The notes beneath the pieces were generated by a model. The model saw only the letters and a list, made by a program, of their open reading frames with translations. It was not told the origin of the DNA and ran no database searches. Below are positions 29,111 through 39,196 of a stretch of DNA of 64,000 nt, in pieces. The position numbers were made by a program, and so were the translations under genes. Each line of letters begins with the position of its first letter. The stretch's first letter is position 1. Source of the stretch: Pseudomonadota bacterium (lineage in GTDB: Bacteria > Pseudomonadota > Gammaproteobacteria > JAKAQQ01); contig DAHVLZ010000038.1 of NCBI GenBank assembly GCA_027320085.1, positions 83,786 through 147,785 on the forward strand. The letters run 5' to 3'.

Positions 29111-30076
29111 TTGGCCGTCCCATCATGCGAGTGTGCCGTGACCCGAATCCCCAAGCCGCCGAATCCGAAAAACCGAAGCGTCCCCTTGCCGGACGAGATC
29201 CCCCGAACGACAAGCGAACTGCCCGGTGTGACAGAACGGGTCGCCCTGTTACAGAACGAACCGAGTTACCTGGAAGCGACTCGTGACCCGGCCTTTTTGA
29301 GCCGCCGAGAAGCCCGGGGAATCCGTCTTCAGCTGGATTACCAAAAAACGGAGTCCATCCTGGTCAGTCGGGGCATCGAGGCCACCATTGTGGTTTTCGG
29401 GAGCACGAGGCTTTGTGAACCGGAAATGGCTCGCGAGAAATTGCGGCGACTCGAGCGTGATCGGGCCGCCTCGCCGGAAGAGTCAGGATATCTTGAACAG
29501 CGTGCAGTGGCCGAGCGTCTTTTGGCCAAAAGCCATTTCTACGAGATTGCCCGGGCCTTTGCCCGGGAAGTCGCCTGCTGTCCCGAGAATCGGAACCCGA
29601 CACGGATCTGGATCATGACCGGTGGAGGACCCGGAATCATGGAGGCTGCAAATCGCGGAGCCTGCGAGGCCGGGGCCGAGTCCATCGGGCTCAACATCCG
29701 TCTACCTCACCAACAGTACCCCAACCCCTATATCAATCCGGGTCTCTGTTTCCGCTTCCACTACTTTGCGACCCGGAAGCTTCATTTCCTGTTGCGGGCA
29801 AAAGCGCTGGTGGTCTTCCCGGGCGGGTTTGGAACCCTGGACGAACTGTTGGAGACCTTGACCCTGATTCAAACGCGGGTAATGATCCCGGTCCCGGTCA
29901 TCTTGGTCGGCGAATCCTACTGGCGTCGAGCCATCGATATTGATTTCTTGGTTGAGGAAGGCGTGATTGATCCGGAAGACCGCGACCTCTTCTGGTATGC
30001 GGAATCCGCCACCGAGATCTGGTCGGGGATTCAGATCTGGCACAAGTCAAACGGGACCCCCTTGTTCCCGGCATGA
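29111..30076 (+). CDS. LOG family (TIGR00730-like) phosphoribohydrolase, long form
   Basis: VVFGS, TGGGPGIMEAANRGA, PGGFGTLDE; true start may be GTG 29138. Confidence 0.92.
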   Translation: MAVPSCECAVTRIPKPPNPKNRSVPLPDEIPRTTSELPGVTERVALLQNEPSYLEATRDPAFLSRREARGIRLQLDYQKTESILVSRGIEATIVVFGSTRLCEPEMAREKLRRLERDRAASPEESGYLEQRAVAERLLAKSHFYEIARAFAREVACCPENRNPTRIWIMTGGGPGIMEAANRGACEAGAESIGLNIRLPHQQYPNPYINPGLCFRFHYFATRKLHFLLRAKALVVFPGGFGTLDELLETLTLIQTRVMIPVPVILVGESYWRRAIDIDFLVEEGVIDPEDRDLFWYAESATEIWSGIQIWHKSNGTPLFPA

Positions 30077-30141
30077 CCGAATCTGCCGCGTAAGCCTCCG
30101 GCCTTTGGGTGGTTCACGCACGGGGCGGGCGCGGGCTTGGC

Positions 30142-32415
30142 TCACCGGCCCCGAAACCGGGGCGCGAGATTGCGTTCCCAAAATCGGTTCATGCCCCGGA
30201 ACAGTTCAAGTCGGGTATGGGTCCCGGCCAGTACATGTGTGTTGTTCGGGAAGACGAGCAGGTGGTAGGGGCGATCCGATCTGATCAGGGCCTCGATAAA
30301 CTGGAGTGTGTTCTGCCAATGCACGTTGTCGTCGCCGGTTCCCGCCACGATCAACAGTCTGGCCTGGAGGTGGGCAGCCCGGGCAACGGTTGAACTTTGC
30401 CGATAGCCGGTCGGGTTGCTTTGTGGCGTCCCCATGTAGCGCTCGGTGTAAATCGAGTCGTAGTCCTGCCACCGGGTCACGGGAGCCACGGCAATGCCGG
30501 CCCGCCAGACGGTCGGTGCGTGGGTCAGCTCGTAAAGGGTCATGTATCCGCCGTAACTCCAACCCCAGATTCCGATGCGCCTCGGATTGATCCCGGTCTG
30601 GTGGCGTAGCCAATGGACGGCCGCCTCTTGGTCGGCCAGCTCAAGCCGGCCCAGGTGATCCTTGATGGCGCCCTGAGCGGTATGGCTGAACGTGCTGGCC
30701 GCGCGGTTATCCGCCTCGAAAAAGACAAAACCCTCACAGGCAAGGCGGTCTTCGTAGACGATCCACGGGTTCCAACCGCGGTTGATCAGGGCCGGCACAT
30801 CGGGCCCGCCATACTGATACATGACGACCGGCGCGTGGCTTGCGGAACCGAAGCCGGGCGGGTCCAGGATTTCAGCATTGATGGCCACGGCGGGATCTGC
30901 GGAGGGAATGCGCAAGAACCGGGGCGCACGGAGATCCAGGTTTTGCGGCAACCGGCTCCGGAAGAGTGTCCATTGGCTCCGGCCGGCGACTGCACGCACG
31001 GTATAGACGGGGGGCGTCTTCCGCGTGGAATCGGTGAGCAGTACATAACGGGTTTTGGGTGAGAAGACGGCATTTTCGCTGCCCCGTGCCGGGAAACGGA
31101 TCCGCCGGTCCCGGCCATCGAAGGACACCGATTCGATGCGTTCGGTCCGGGGGCCGGTTCCTGGTGAGGCGAGGTAATAGATCGTCCGCTGCCGCTTGGA
31201 TACGCCAAGGAGGCGGGTTACGTTGTACGGTCCGGGCGTGAGGGCCGCCACCTCCCGACCTTTTCGGTTGAATCGATAGAGATGATGCCAGCCATGCTGG
31301 TCCGTACCGAAGATGAATCCGCCGTGAGGGAGGAAGTGCAGATCATTGTGGACATTGATCCAATAGGGATCCCGGAGTCGGAGCAGCACCCGGAGCGCTC
31401 CGTTGGACGGATTGATCCGGAACAGGGACAGTCTTGTTTGTGGCCGGTTGAGTACCTCGGCATAAAGCGCACGGCCGCCGGCGTACCAGCCAAAACGGGC
31501 CAGATAGCCGGTTTTGAGGCCGGGCAGATGGAACCACCGGACGTGCTTCGTCCGGGTATCGTAGACACCGAGTCGGGCCCGGGGATTGGGGGCACCCGGT
31601 TCCGGGTAACGCTGCCAGTACAGGGTCGGTTGCTGTTTGAGGTAGTTGACCAGGGGAAAACGCAGGACCCCCCTTTCGTTGAACCGGATAAATGCCAACT
31701 TTCGGCCCTGGGGTGACCACGCGTAACCGGAGCGCAGGCCCAGTTCTTCCCGGTAAGTCCAGTCCAGGGCTCCGATGCGGAAACCCGTTTGAGCGGGGAA
31801 GAAGTCGAATGGGCGACTGTTCTTTGCCGCCATGTTGACCAGCCGGATTTCATGGCCTTCCACGTAACTCAACCAGTGGTCGTGGGGGGAAAGCCGATAC
31901 TGGGTGACCCACCCCTTGGTCCGGACCAGGGTACGCAGTCGTCGCGTCCGGAGATTGAGTTCCAAAATCGCCTGACCGTTGATCAGGAGCAGATGATGTC
32001 CGTCGGGCGACCAGCGATAGTTCACGTGCCCGTAGCGTGTGCTCCATTCCTTCAGACGTTCGTTCCGGATCGAGGCATTCGATCGCAGGGCCCGGCCCAG
32101 CAATGCCGGGCCGGCCTGAAAAACGACGTGTCCGGAAGAGGCAGAAACGACCCGGAGCCGTTCATAACCGCGCCTTTTCGCATGAATCAGGTAGGCGATG
32201 GCCCGGCCATCCGGATCCCATGAAAAACTATGGGGTGGATATCCGCCGAGTGGTGGCCGGCCGGTGAAAAGCCGCATGGGAAACTGGCGCCGACACGAGA
32301 GCGGGGCTCCGAATGCAGGTCCGGAAAGGATCGAGACACAGGCGAGGAGACCGGTGATGGCGATCTGCGCCCAAGGAGGGCGCTCATATCCAGGATCAGT
32401 CGGTTGAATCGCCAC
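30142..32415 (-). CDS. Dipeptidyl peptidase IV family (S9B) exported peptidase
   Basis: DWTYREE, YPEPG, YGGP, GWSYGGY, YDSIYTERYM, GTGDDNVH. Confidence 0.94.
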   Translation of the reverse strand: MAIQPTDPGYERPPWAQIAITGLLACVSILSGPAFGAPLSCRRQFPMRLFTGRPPLGGYPPHSFSWDPDGRAIAYLIHAKRRGYERLRVVSASSGHVVFQAGPALLGRALRSNASIRNERLKEWSTRYGHVNYRWSPDGHHLLLINGQAILELNLRTRRLRTLVRTKGWVTQYRLSPHDHWLSYVEGHEIRLVNMAAKNSRPFDFFPAQTGFRIGALDWTYREELGLRSGYAWSPQGRKLAFIRFNERGVLRFPLVNYLKQQPTLYWQRYPEPGAPNPRARLGVYDTRTKHVRWFHLPGLKTGYLARFGWYAGGRALYAEVLNRPQTRLSLFRINPSNGALRVLLRLRDPYWINVHNDLHFLPHGGFIFGTDQHGWHHLYRFNRKGREVAALTPGPYNVTRLLGVSKRQRTIYYLASPGTGPRTERIESVSFDGRDRRIRFPARGSENAVFSPKTRYVLLTDSTRKTPPVYTVRAVAGRSQWTLFRSRLPQNLDLRAPRFLRIPSADPAVAINAEILDPPGFGSASHAPVVMYQYGGPDVPALINRGWNPWIVYEDRLACEGFVFFEADNRAASTFSHTAQGAIKDHLGRLELADQEAAVHWLRHQTGINPRRIGIWGWSYGGYMTLYELTHAPTVWRAGIAVAPVTRWQDYDSIYTERYMGTPQSNPTGYRQSSTVARAAHLQARLLIVAGTGDDNVHWQNTLQFIEALIRSDRPYHLLVFPNNTHVLAGTHTRLELFRGMNRFWERNLAPRFRGR

Positions 32416-32574
32416 GGATCACTCCCGGTGCTGCACTTCCGTCTAGATTAGCGGCTTTTGGATTTCCATACACAAATCCGATAAGGGGAGTGGACAGCTA
32501 TACTAAGAGCTCCTGTCGAAGAACCCTCCGGACTTGACCTCGAACAGTTCAACAAGACCCCAAAGGATTTACCC

Positions 32575-34356
32575 ATGAGTTACGAGCCGCCGCTTGAGGA
32601 TTACCGCCTTCTGCTGACCACGATCTGTCCCTTGGACGGACTGTTTGCACAGCCCGGCTTTCAGGAACTCGACTTCCCCGTCGTGGAAGCCGTCCTCGAA
32701 GAGGGCAGCCGGTTTGCCCGCGAAGTCCTGGCGCCACTCAACCCCGTGGGCGATCGTGAACCGGCCCGGATGACCCCGAAAGGGGTCGTTTTGCCGGCTG
32801 GTTTTCGTGAGGCCTACCGGGCCTTCGTGGCCGGAGGCTGGAACGCGGTTTCGGCTGATCCCCGTTATGGTGGGCAGGGTTTCCCGGAGGTGGTCGCCGC
32901 CGCATTGAGCGAGATGTGGCAGGGGGCGAATCTCGCTTTCGCGCTCTGTCCACTTTTGACCCAGGGGGCGATTGAGACCCTGCTTCTTTGTGGCCATGAG
33001 GATCAGAAAAACCGCTATCTGCCCCATCTGGTATCCGGCGAGTGGAGCGGCACCATGAACCTCACCGAACCCCAGGCGGGTTCTGACTTGGGGCGCATTG
33101 AAAGTCTCGCGACTCCGGAAGGGGCCGGCTTCCGGCTTGTGGGGCAGAAGATTTTCATCACCTATGGGGAACATGATCTGACCGAAAATATCGTGCACAT
33201 GGTGCTGGCCCGGACGCCAGGTGCGCCGCCCGGGACCCGCGGTCTCACCTTGTTTGTCGTGCCCCGCTTCGGGCTTCCTCCGGATCCGCCGGGGACAGCG
33301 AACGAGGTTCGGGCACTGTCCATCGAACACAAGCTCGGGATCCATGCCTCGCCAACGTGCGTCATGCAATATGGGGAGGGTCAGGGGGGGCCGGGGGCTC
33401 GGGCCGAACAGATCGGTGAGTTGAACCGCGGCATCGAGCACATGTTCATCATGATGAACCGGGCCCGCCTGGCCGTCGGCCAACAGGGTGTGGGAATTGC
33501 GGAGCGTGCCTATCAGGCAGCCTTGGACTATGCCCGGATCCGTCCACAGGGTAAGGATCTCAAGGCTGGGGATGACCCGGTTCCCATCCTCGCCCATCCG
33601 GATGTCAGGCGCATGCTTCTCACCATGGCCGGTCTTACGGAGGCCGCACGCGCACTTTCTTTCTGGGCCTTTTATGCACTGGACTGGTCCCGTCATGCAG
33701 CGGATCCCGAAAGACGTCTGGAGAACGAGCGCCTGATGGCGTTTCTGACCCCGATCACCAAGGGTTTTGCCACGGAAATTGCCCAGGAGGTGGCCTCGCT
33801 TGCCATCCAGGTTCACGGCGGCATGGGGTACATAGAGGAAACGGGCGTGGCCCAGCTGTATCGAGATGCCCGGATTCTCACGATTTACGAGGGAACCTCC
33901 GGCATCCAGGCGATGGATCTCGTGGGCCGCAAAATTCTCAGGGATCGGGGACAGACCTTCTTGGCGCTTGACCAGCGGATTCGCGAATCCCTGGCCCGTG
34001 ACCGCTTTTCTACGTGGGCCGGACCGAGGCAGCTTCTCAAGGACCGTTTGGAACGGTTGCGGACATGCGTGGAGCAGGTGCTCCGGGGTGCCGCCGCCGA
34101 TCCTTACTATCCCGGCGTGGTGGCTTACCCTCTCATGATGATGGCCGGGACGGTTTTGGGGGGGTGGCTCCTGCTCGAAACCTGTGCCGCGTTGTCTTCG
34201 GATTCGGCAGTTTCCATCGATCCCCGCTGGCAGAAGCACAAGCAGGCCGTGACCCGTTTCTACCTCACAAGCATTCTTCCTCGTGCCGACGCCTACGCCA
34301 TGGCCATTCTGGCACCCGAGGTGAGCCCTACAGTCATGGAGTCGTCAGCCTTCTAG
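32575..34356 (+). CDS. Acyl-CoA dehydrogenase (~590 aa group)
   Basis: GTMNLTEPQAGSDLG, KIFITYGEHD, EHKLGIHASPTC, IQVHGGMGY, IYEGTSGIQA. Confidence 0.95.
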   Translation: MSYEPPLEDYRLLLTTICPLDGLFAQPGFQELDFPVVEAVLEEGSRFAREVLAPLNPVGDREPARMTPKGVVLPAGFREAYRAFVAGGWNAVSADPRYGGQGFPEVVAAALSEMWQGANLAFALCPLLTQGAIETLLLCGHEDQKNRYLPHLVSGEWSGTMNLTEPQAGSDLGRIESLATPEGAGFRLVGQKIFITYGEHDLTENIVHMVLARTPGAPPGTRGLTLFVVPRFGLPPDPPGTANEVRALSIEHKLGIHASPTCVMQYGEGQGGPGARAEQIGELNRGIEHMFIMMNRARLAVGQQGVGIAERAYQAALDYARIRPQGKDLKAGDDPVPILAHPDVRRMLLTMAGLTEAARALSFWAFYALDWSRHAADPERRLENERLMAFLTPITKGFATEIAQEVASLAIQVHGGMGYIEETGVAQLYRDARILTIYEGTSGIQAMDLVGRKILRDRGQTFLALDQRIRESLARDRFSTWAGPRQLLKDRLERLRTCVEQVLRGAAADPYYPGVVAYPLMMMAGTVLGGWLLLETCAALSSDSAVSIDPRWQKHKQAVTRFYLTSILPRADAYAMAILAPEVSPTVMESSAF

Positions 34357-34502
34357 CGGGGCGGTTTTCCCATCCGGATTGAAAGGCTGCCCGGTTGGGC
34401 CGGATCAAACCTCAAGGTGGGCCTCGGCTATAATTGGGGTGCCCTGGAATACAGGACACTTCAACCATGGCTTTCCAGATTTTGCATCCGGGCCGACCCT
34501 GA

Positions 34503-35150
34503 ATGAACAGGGGAGCGGGCCCGGGTTTGGAAGCACGTGCTCTCGAACTCCGTCGGGGCCGCCGACTGCTTGCCCGTTCACTCAGCTTTGGGGTGCAGCC
34601 GGGAAGCTACCTCGAACTCACCGGGCCTAACGGGTCCGGGAAAAGCACCCTGTTAAGGAGCCTTGCGGGATTGGGGCGAATGGAGACCGGCGAAGTGTTT
34701 TGGAACGGTGTGGCCTTCAATCCCCAGAAGGAAGAAGCGCACCATGCGCGCGCCCTTTACCTGGGCCATACCGATGGTCTCAAAGGCCTGCTCAGCATCG
34801 GCGAGAACCTGCGCCTTTTCGCTGCACTCAGGGGGATCCGCGAGCCCCTCGATGAAATCGAGAAAAGCATGAGTTTTTATGGTTTGCAGCACCTGAAACA
34901 GATCGTTTGCGACCGGCTCTCGCAGGGACAGCGCCGGCGTGCCGCCTTGGCACGCCTGCATGCTTTCCCGGCACCTCTCTGGCTTTTGGATGAACCGACG
35001 ACGGCACTGGATCGGGAGGGTGTGGAACGCTTTTTCAGTCATTTCCGGCTTCACCTCGAGAAGGGCGGGATGGCACTCGTGGCGACCCACCAGAGTCTGG
35101 CGCGCTGGATCGCTCCGGCGGGAGAAATTGCCCTGGGCCGGTCCCCATGA
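34503..35150 (+). CDS. ccmA: Heme exporter ATP-binding protein
   Basis: GPNGSGKST, LSQGQRRR, LLDEP; first gene of the ccm operon. Confidence 0.94.
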   Translation: MNRGAGPGLEARALELRRGRRLLARSLSFGVQPGSYLELTGPNGSGKSTLLRSLAGLGRMETGEVFWNGVAFNPQKEEAHHARALYLGHTDGLKGLLSIGENLRLFAALRGIREPLDEIEKSMSFYGLQHLKQIVCDRLSQGQRRRAALARLHAFPAPLWLLDEPTTALDREGVERFFSHFRLHLEKGGMALVATHQSLARWIAPAGEIALGRSP

Positions 35151-35815
35151 ATCCCTGGCTGTTTTTCTTCCGGACCGAACTCGGGATTTCCTGGCGCGAG
35201 CGGCGCCGGGTGATGCTACCGCTTGTTTTCTTTTCGATCGTGGCTTTCCTGTTTCCACTGACCCTGAACCCCAAGGGCCATCTCTTGGCCCGGATGGCGC
35301 CCGGGATCATCTGGGTGGATGCCATGCTGGCTGTTTTTCTTGGACTCGAGTCGTTGTTTCGTCATGATCATGAGGAGGGCATTCTCGAACAATGGGTCCT
35401 CAGCCCGACCTCGCTGGAACTCCGGGTGCTTTTCAAGGTCGCATCCTTCTGGACGGTGACTTCCCTGCCGCTGTTGCTCATCAGTCCGCTTTTGGTTCTC
35501 TGGTTGTCATTTCCCCTCCGTGGGCTCGGGATTCTCATGATCGGTCTTTTCCTTGGAACGGTGACGCTTTGTTTTCTGGGGGCTTTGGGGGCGGCTTTGA
35601 CCTTGACCCTGCGACAGTCCAGCATGCTCATTGCCATCTTGTTCCTGCCGATTGCCACCCCGATTCTGATTTTTGGGGCCCATAGTGCAATACTTGCGGC
35701 ACGGCAGCTGGATCCGCGCCCGGCCCTTTATCTTCTGGCCACGTTGTTCTTTCTCACGGTGGGCATCGTGCCCAAAGCCATTTCCGCCGCCCTGCGCATC
35801 AGCTATGAGACCTGA
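35147..35815 (+). CDS. ccmB: Heme exporter permease
   Basis: PGIIW, LFRHDHEEG, PILIFG; operon position. Confidence 0.93.
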   Translation: MNPWLFFFRTELGISWRERRRVMLPLVFFSIVAFLFPLTLNPKGHLLARMAPGIIWVDAMLAVFLGLESLFRHDHEEGILEQWVLSPTSLELRVLFKVASFWTVTSLPLLLISPLLVLWLSFPLRGLGILMIGLFLGTVTLCFLGALGAALTLTLRQSSMLIAILFLPIATPILIFGAHSAILAARQLDPRPALYLLATLFFLTVGIVPKAISAALRISYET

Positions 35816-35821
35816 GTCACC

Positions 35822-36559
35822 ATGACCCTCAAGACCTTTTTCCACCGTCTGGGATCACCACCTTATTTCTACCAGATTTCCAAGCCCTGGGGCCGCGCCT
35901 TTGCCTGGATCGGCTTGATCCTGATTCTCGCGGGACTCTATGGCGGTCTGTGGCTTGCTCCACCTGACTACCAGCAGGGGAATGGTTTCCGGATCATGTA
36001 CGTGCATGTTCCGAGTGCCTGGATGTCCTTGTTCGTGTTCATGGTGATCGCGGTATGCAGTTTTATCGCCCTGGTCTGGCGCATGCGCCTGGCTTATGCC
36101 GTGGCCGCCGCATCCGCTCCGCTGGGTGCCGCATTCACGGCAGTTGCCTTGGTGACAGGCTCCCTCTGGGGCAAGCCGATGTGGGGAACCTACTGGGTCT
36201 GGGATGCTCGACTCACGTCTGAACTCATTCTGTTTTTCCTGTACTTGGGGGTGATTACCCTGAACCGTTCGTTCGAAGACCAGAAAACTGGCGACAAGGC
36301 GGCTGCGATCCTGGCCCTGGTCGGGGCCATCGATGTGCCGATCGTTCATTATTCCGTTGACTGGTGGCAGACCCTGCACCAGGGATCCAGTTTCAAGGGG
36401 CTCACATCGGAGATTGCGCCTTCCATGCTTTGGCCGCTTCTCGCCCTGATGGCGGGCTTCATGTTTTATTACGGTTGGCTCGTCTTGTGGCGAACCCGCT
36501 CCGAGCTCCTCCTGCGGGAGGCCGACCGTGACTGGGCCCAACAGGTGGTCGGGTCATGA
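35822..36559 (+). CDS. ccmC: Heme exporter protein C
   Basis: YVHVP, WGKPMWGTYWVWDARLT (WWD domain), SVDWWQTLHQ. Confidence 0.96.
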   Translation: MTLKTFFHRLGSPPYFYQISKPWGRAFAWIGLILILAGLYGGLWLAPPDYQQGNGFRIMYVHVPSAWMSLFVFMVIAVCSFIALVWRMRLAYAVAAASAPLGAAFTAVALVTGSLWGKPMWGTYWVWDARLTSELILFFLYLGVITLNRSFEDQKTGDKAAAILALVGAIDVPIVHYSVDWWQTLHQGSSFKGLTSEIAPSMLWPLLALMAGFMFYYGWLVLWRTRSELLLREADRDWAQQVVGS

Positions 36560-36732
36560 CGTCCTGGCATGAATTCGTGACCATGGGCCGGTTCGGTCTT
36601 TTTGTGTGGCCGGCATTCGGGTTTGGGTTGGTCGTCATGCTGCTCAACATTTACTGGGCCCATCTCCGCGAGAAGGCCGCTCACCGGGAGGTTCGCGAGT
36701 CCCGTTCCACCGAGGAGGAAATCCGATCATGA
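36556..36732 (+). CDS. ccmD: Heme exporter protein D
   Basis: Not in ORF track. 58 aa MTSWHEFVTMGRFGLFVWPAFG..., one TM plus charged tail; ATGA overlaps with both ccmC and ccmE. Confidence 0.88.
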   Translation: MTSWHEFVTMGRFGLFVWPAFGFGLVVMLLNIYWAHLREKAAHREVRESRSTEEEIRS

Positions 36733-37199
36733 CCCGTCGACACCAGCGACTCGTGATGGTGCTGCTCATGCTCGTCTGCGTTTCAGCAGCGGTGGCCTTT
36801 GCCTTGCGCGCCTTCAACGGCGATCTGCTTTATTACATTACCCCCACGCAACTGGCCGATGGGCGTGCCCCGGCCCATGGTGCCTTCCGCCTGGGCGGAA
36901 TCGTCGCCCCGGGCAGTGTCCACCGGAAGCGAGGAAGTATGACCGTGCATTTTGTCTTGACCGACTACCATCATACGGTGCCCGTCGTCTATACCGGGAT
37001 CCTGCCGGATTTGTTCCGCGTGGGGCAGGGGATCGTCGTCAAGGGGCAGCTGGTCAACGGCGTATTTCTGGCCACTCAGGTATTGGCCAAGCATAGCGCC
37101 AAGTACATGCCGCCCGGGATCCATGGAGCGAAGCCGCCCGTCCCGCACCAGAAAATGTTGGCGCTGCAACGCTCCCTGCGGGAAGCTCCAGGCGCATGA
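36729..37199 (+). CDS. ccmE: Cytochrome c maturation heme chaperone
   Basis: RLGG, YTGILPDLF, LAKHxxxYMP heme-binding motif. Confidence 0.95.
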   Translation: MTRRHQRLVMVLLMLVCVSAAVAFALRAFNGDLLYYITPTQLADGRAPAHGAFRLGGIVAPGSVHRKRGSMTVHFVLTDYHHTVPVVYTGILPDLFRVGQGIVVKGQLVNGVFLATQVLAKHSAKYMPPGIHGAKPPVPHQKMLALQRSLREAPGA

Positions 37200-39196
37200 T
37201 CGCCGAAATCGGCCTCTATGCCCTGATCCTGGCCTTCTTCATGGCGGCCAGCCAGACCTTTTTCGGTCTCGCGGGGGCCGGAACGGGGCGTCTAAGATGG
37301 ATGGCCATAACCCGCCCTGCGGCTTTTGGCCAGCTGTTCTTCATGGCCCTCTCGTACGGCTGTCTCACCGATTTGTTCGTCACGAGCAACTACTCGGTCC
37401 GTTACGTGGCGAAATACTCGAATGCGCTGATGCCGTTTTTCTACAGGGTCGCGGGAGTTTGGGGGGCACACGAGGGCTCCATGATGCTCTGGATGCTCGT
37501 GCTCGCCCTCTGGACGGGGATGGTTGCCGTGTTCAGCAGGAAGTTGCCGGTGGTTTTTGCCAATCGTGTGCTGGGTGTCCTGGGCGCCATCGCCTGCGGG
37601 TTTTTTCTCTTTACCCTGATCACTTCGAACCCGTTTGTCCGCTTGCTGCCTCCGGCGTTGCATGGGGGCACCTTGAATCCGATTCTCGAGGATCCCCTCC
37701 TGGTCATTCATCCACCGATGCTCTACATGGGCTACGTGGGTTTGTCCGTGGCTTTTGCTTTTGCGGTCGCGGCCCTGATCGGGGGACGGATGGATGCCGC
37801 CTGGGCACGCTGGACCCGTCCCTGGACGTTGGCCGCCTGGATCTTTCTCACGGTCGGCATTGTCCTGGGCAGTTTCTGGTCGTACTACGAGTTGGGATGG
37901 GGCGGATGGTGGTTCTGGGACCCGGTCGAGAATGCATCCTTCATGCCCTGGCTCATTGCCACGGCCCTGATCCATTCCCTTGCGGTGAGCGAAAAGCGCG
38001 GCGCCTTCAAGAGTTGGACGGCATTGCTGGCCATTGCCGGATTTTCACTGAGCCTCCTCGGGACTTTTCTTGTCCGGTCCGGGGTTTTGATTTCCATCCA
38101 CGCCTTCGCCATGGATCCCCGGCGTGGAATGTTCATCCTCGTGCTTTTGGGCGTGATGTCGGCACTCGCACTCGCGGTCTATGTCTGGCGCGCGCCGCTG
38201 CTCTGGGAAGACGGCGGCGGGTTCCGCTTTCTTTCACGGGAAACCCTGATTCTTTTCAACAATATCCTACTCGTGGCCGGTGCAGCGGCCGTATTCATCG
38301 GGACCATCTACCCCCTGTTCATCGAGGTCTTCGGGCTCGGCCGTCTGTCGGTCGGGCCGCCTTATTTCGACCATGTGTTCATCCCGATCATGTTTCCCTT
38401 GTTTATCCTGATCGGGATTGGACCGTACCTGAGCTGGAAAAGCGGCTCACTGCGTGCATTATTCAGGCGTCTCTGGATTTCCGCGCTCCTGTGGCTGCTG
38501 GTCTGTCTTCTGCTGCTGCTTCTGGCTTTTGATTCCCACTGGCCGCCCATGACGTGGCTGGGCGTACTTTTTGGATCCTGGGTACTTCTGACCGCTTTCG
38601 TCGAACCGATCAGGAGGCTCTGGCTTCGTTTTCGGAGGGAACCGGTGCGCCTGCCGAATGGCGTGCTCGGCATGAGCCTGGCCCATTTTGGTGTTGGCGT
38701 CATCATTCTCGGCATTACGGTCAGTACGACCCTCGGCGTGTGGCGCGACATGCCTCTGAAACCGGGCCAGTCCTATCGGATGGCGGGTTTCCGCTACCGT
38801 TTTGATGCCATCGGGCCGGCTCGGGGGCGCAACTGGACCGGGGTTCGGGCCACCTTTTCTATCTTTCATCAGGGTCGTCTCTTCGCGGTGGTTCATCCGG
38901 AAAAAAGGCACTTCTTCCCTGATGGCGGCACCACCACCAACGCGGCCATCGTCGGGGGAGGGCTCCATGACCTCTTTGTCTCGCTTGGCAATCCTTTGGG
39001 CCAGGGAAAATGGAGTCTCCGTTTCCGTTATGAACCGATGGTCATTTTTGTCTGGCTGGGCGGATTACTGATGGCTCTGGGCGGACTTTTGGCCTTGGCG
39101 GACCGCCGTTACCGGATTGCCCTCGAAGTCCGTCCGTACCTGCCGATTGAGGATTCCTCAAACTCTCCGGATCAGGCGGAAGAGGAATCTCCGTGA
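37196..39196 (+). CDS. ccmF: Cytochrome c heme lyase subunit
   Basis: WGAHEGS, HPPMLY, WGGWWFWDPVENAS, RSGVLISIHAF. Confidence 0.97.
   Translation: MIAEIGLYALILAFFMAASQTFFGLAGAGTGRLRWMAITRPAAFGQLFFMALSYGCLTDLFVTSNYSVRYVAKYSNALMPFFYRVAGVWGAHEGSMMLWMLVLALWTGMVAVFSRKLPVVFANRVLGVLGAIACGFFLFTLITSNPFVRLLPPALHGGTLNPILEDPLLVIHPPMLYMGYVGLSVAFAFAVAALIGGRMDAAWARWTRPWTLAAWIFLTVGIVLGSFWSYYELGWGGWWFWDPVENASFMPWLIATALIHSLAVSEKRGAFKSWTALLAIAGFSLSLLGTFLVRSGVLISIHAFAMDPRRGMFILVLLGVMSALALAVYVWRAPLLWEDGGGFRFLSRETLILFNNILLVAGAAAVFIGTIYPLFIEVFGLGRLSVGPPYFDHVFIPIMFPLFILIGIGPYLSWKSGSLRALFRRLWISALLWLLVCLLLLLLAFDSHWPPMTWLGVLFGSWVLLTAFVEPIRRLWLRFRREPVRLPNGVLGMSLAHFGVGVIILGITVSTTLGVWRDMPLKPGQSYRMAGFRYRFDAIGPARGRNWTGVRATFSIFHQGRLFAVVHPEKRHFFPDGGTTTNAAIVGGGLHDLFVSLGNPLGQGKWSLRFRYEPMVIFVWLGGLLMALGGLLALADRRYRIALEVRPYLPIEDSSNSPDQAEEESP

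Noticed and set aside
32569-34239. 556-aa antisense ORF
   Set aside because: Shadow of the acyl-CoA dehydrogenase
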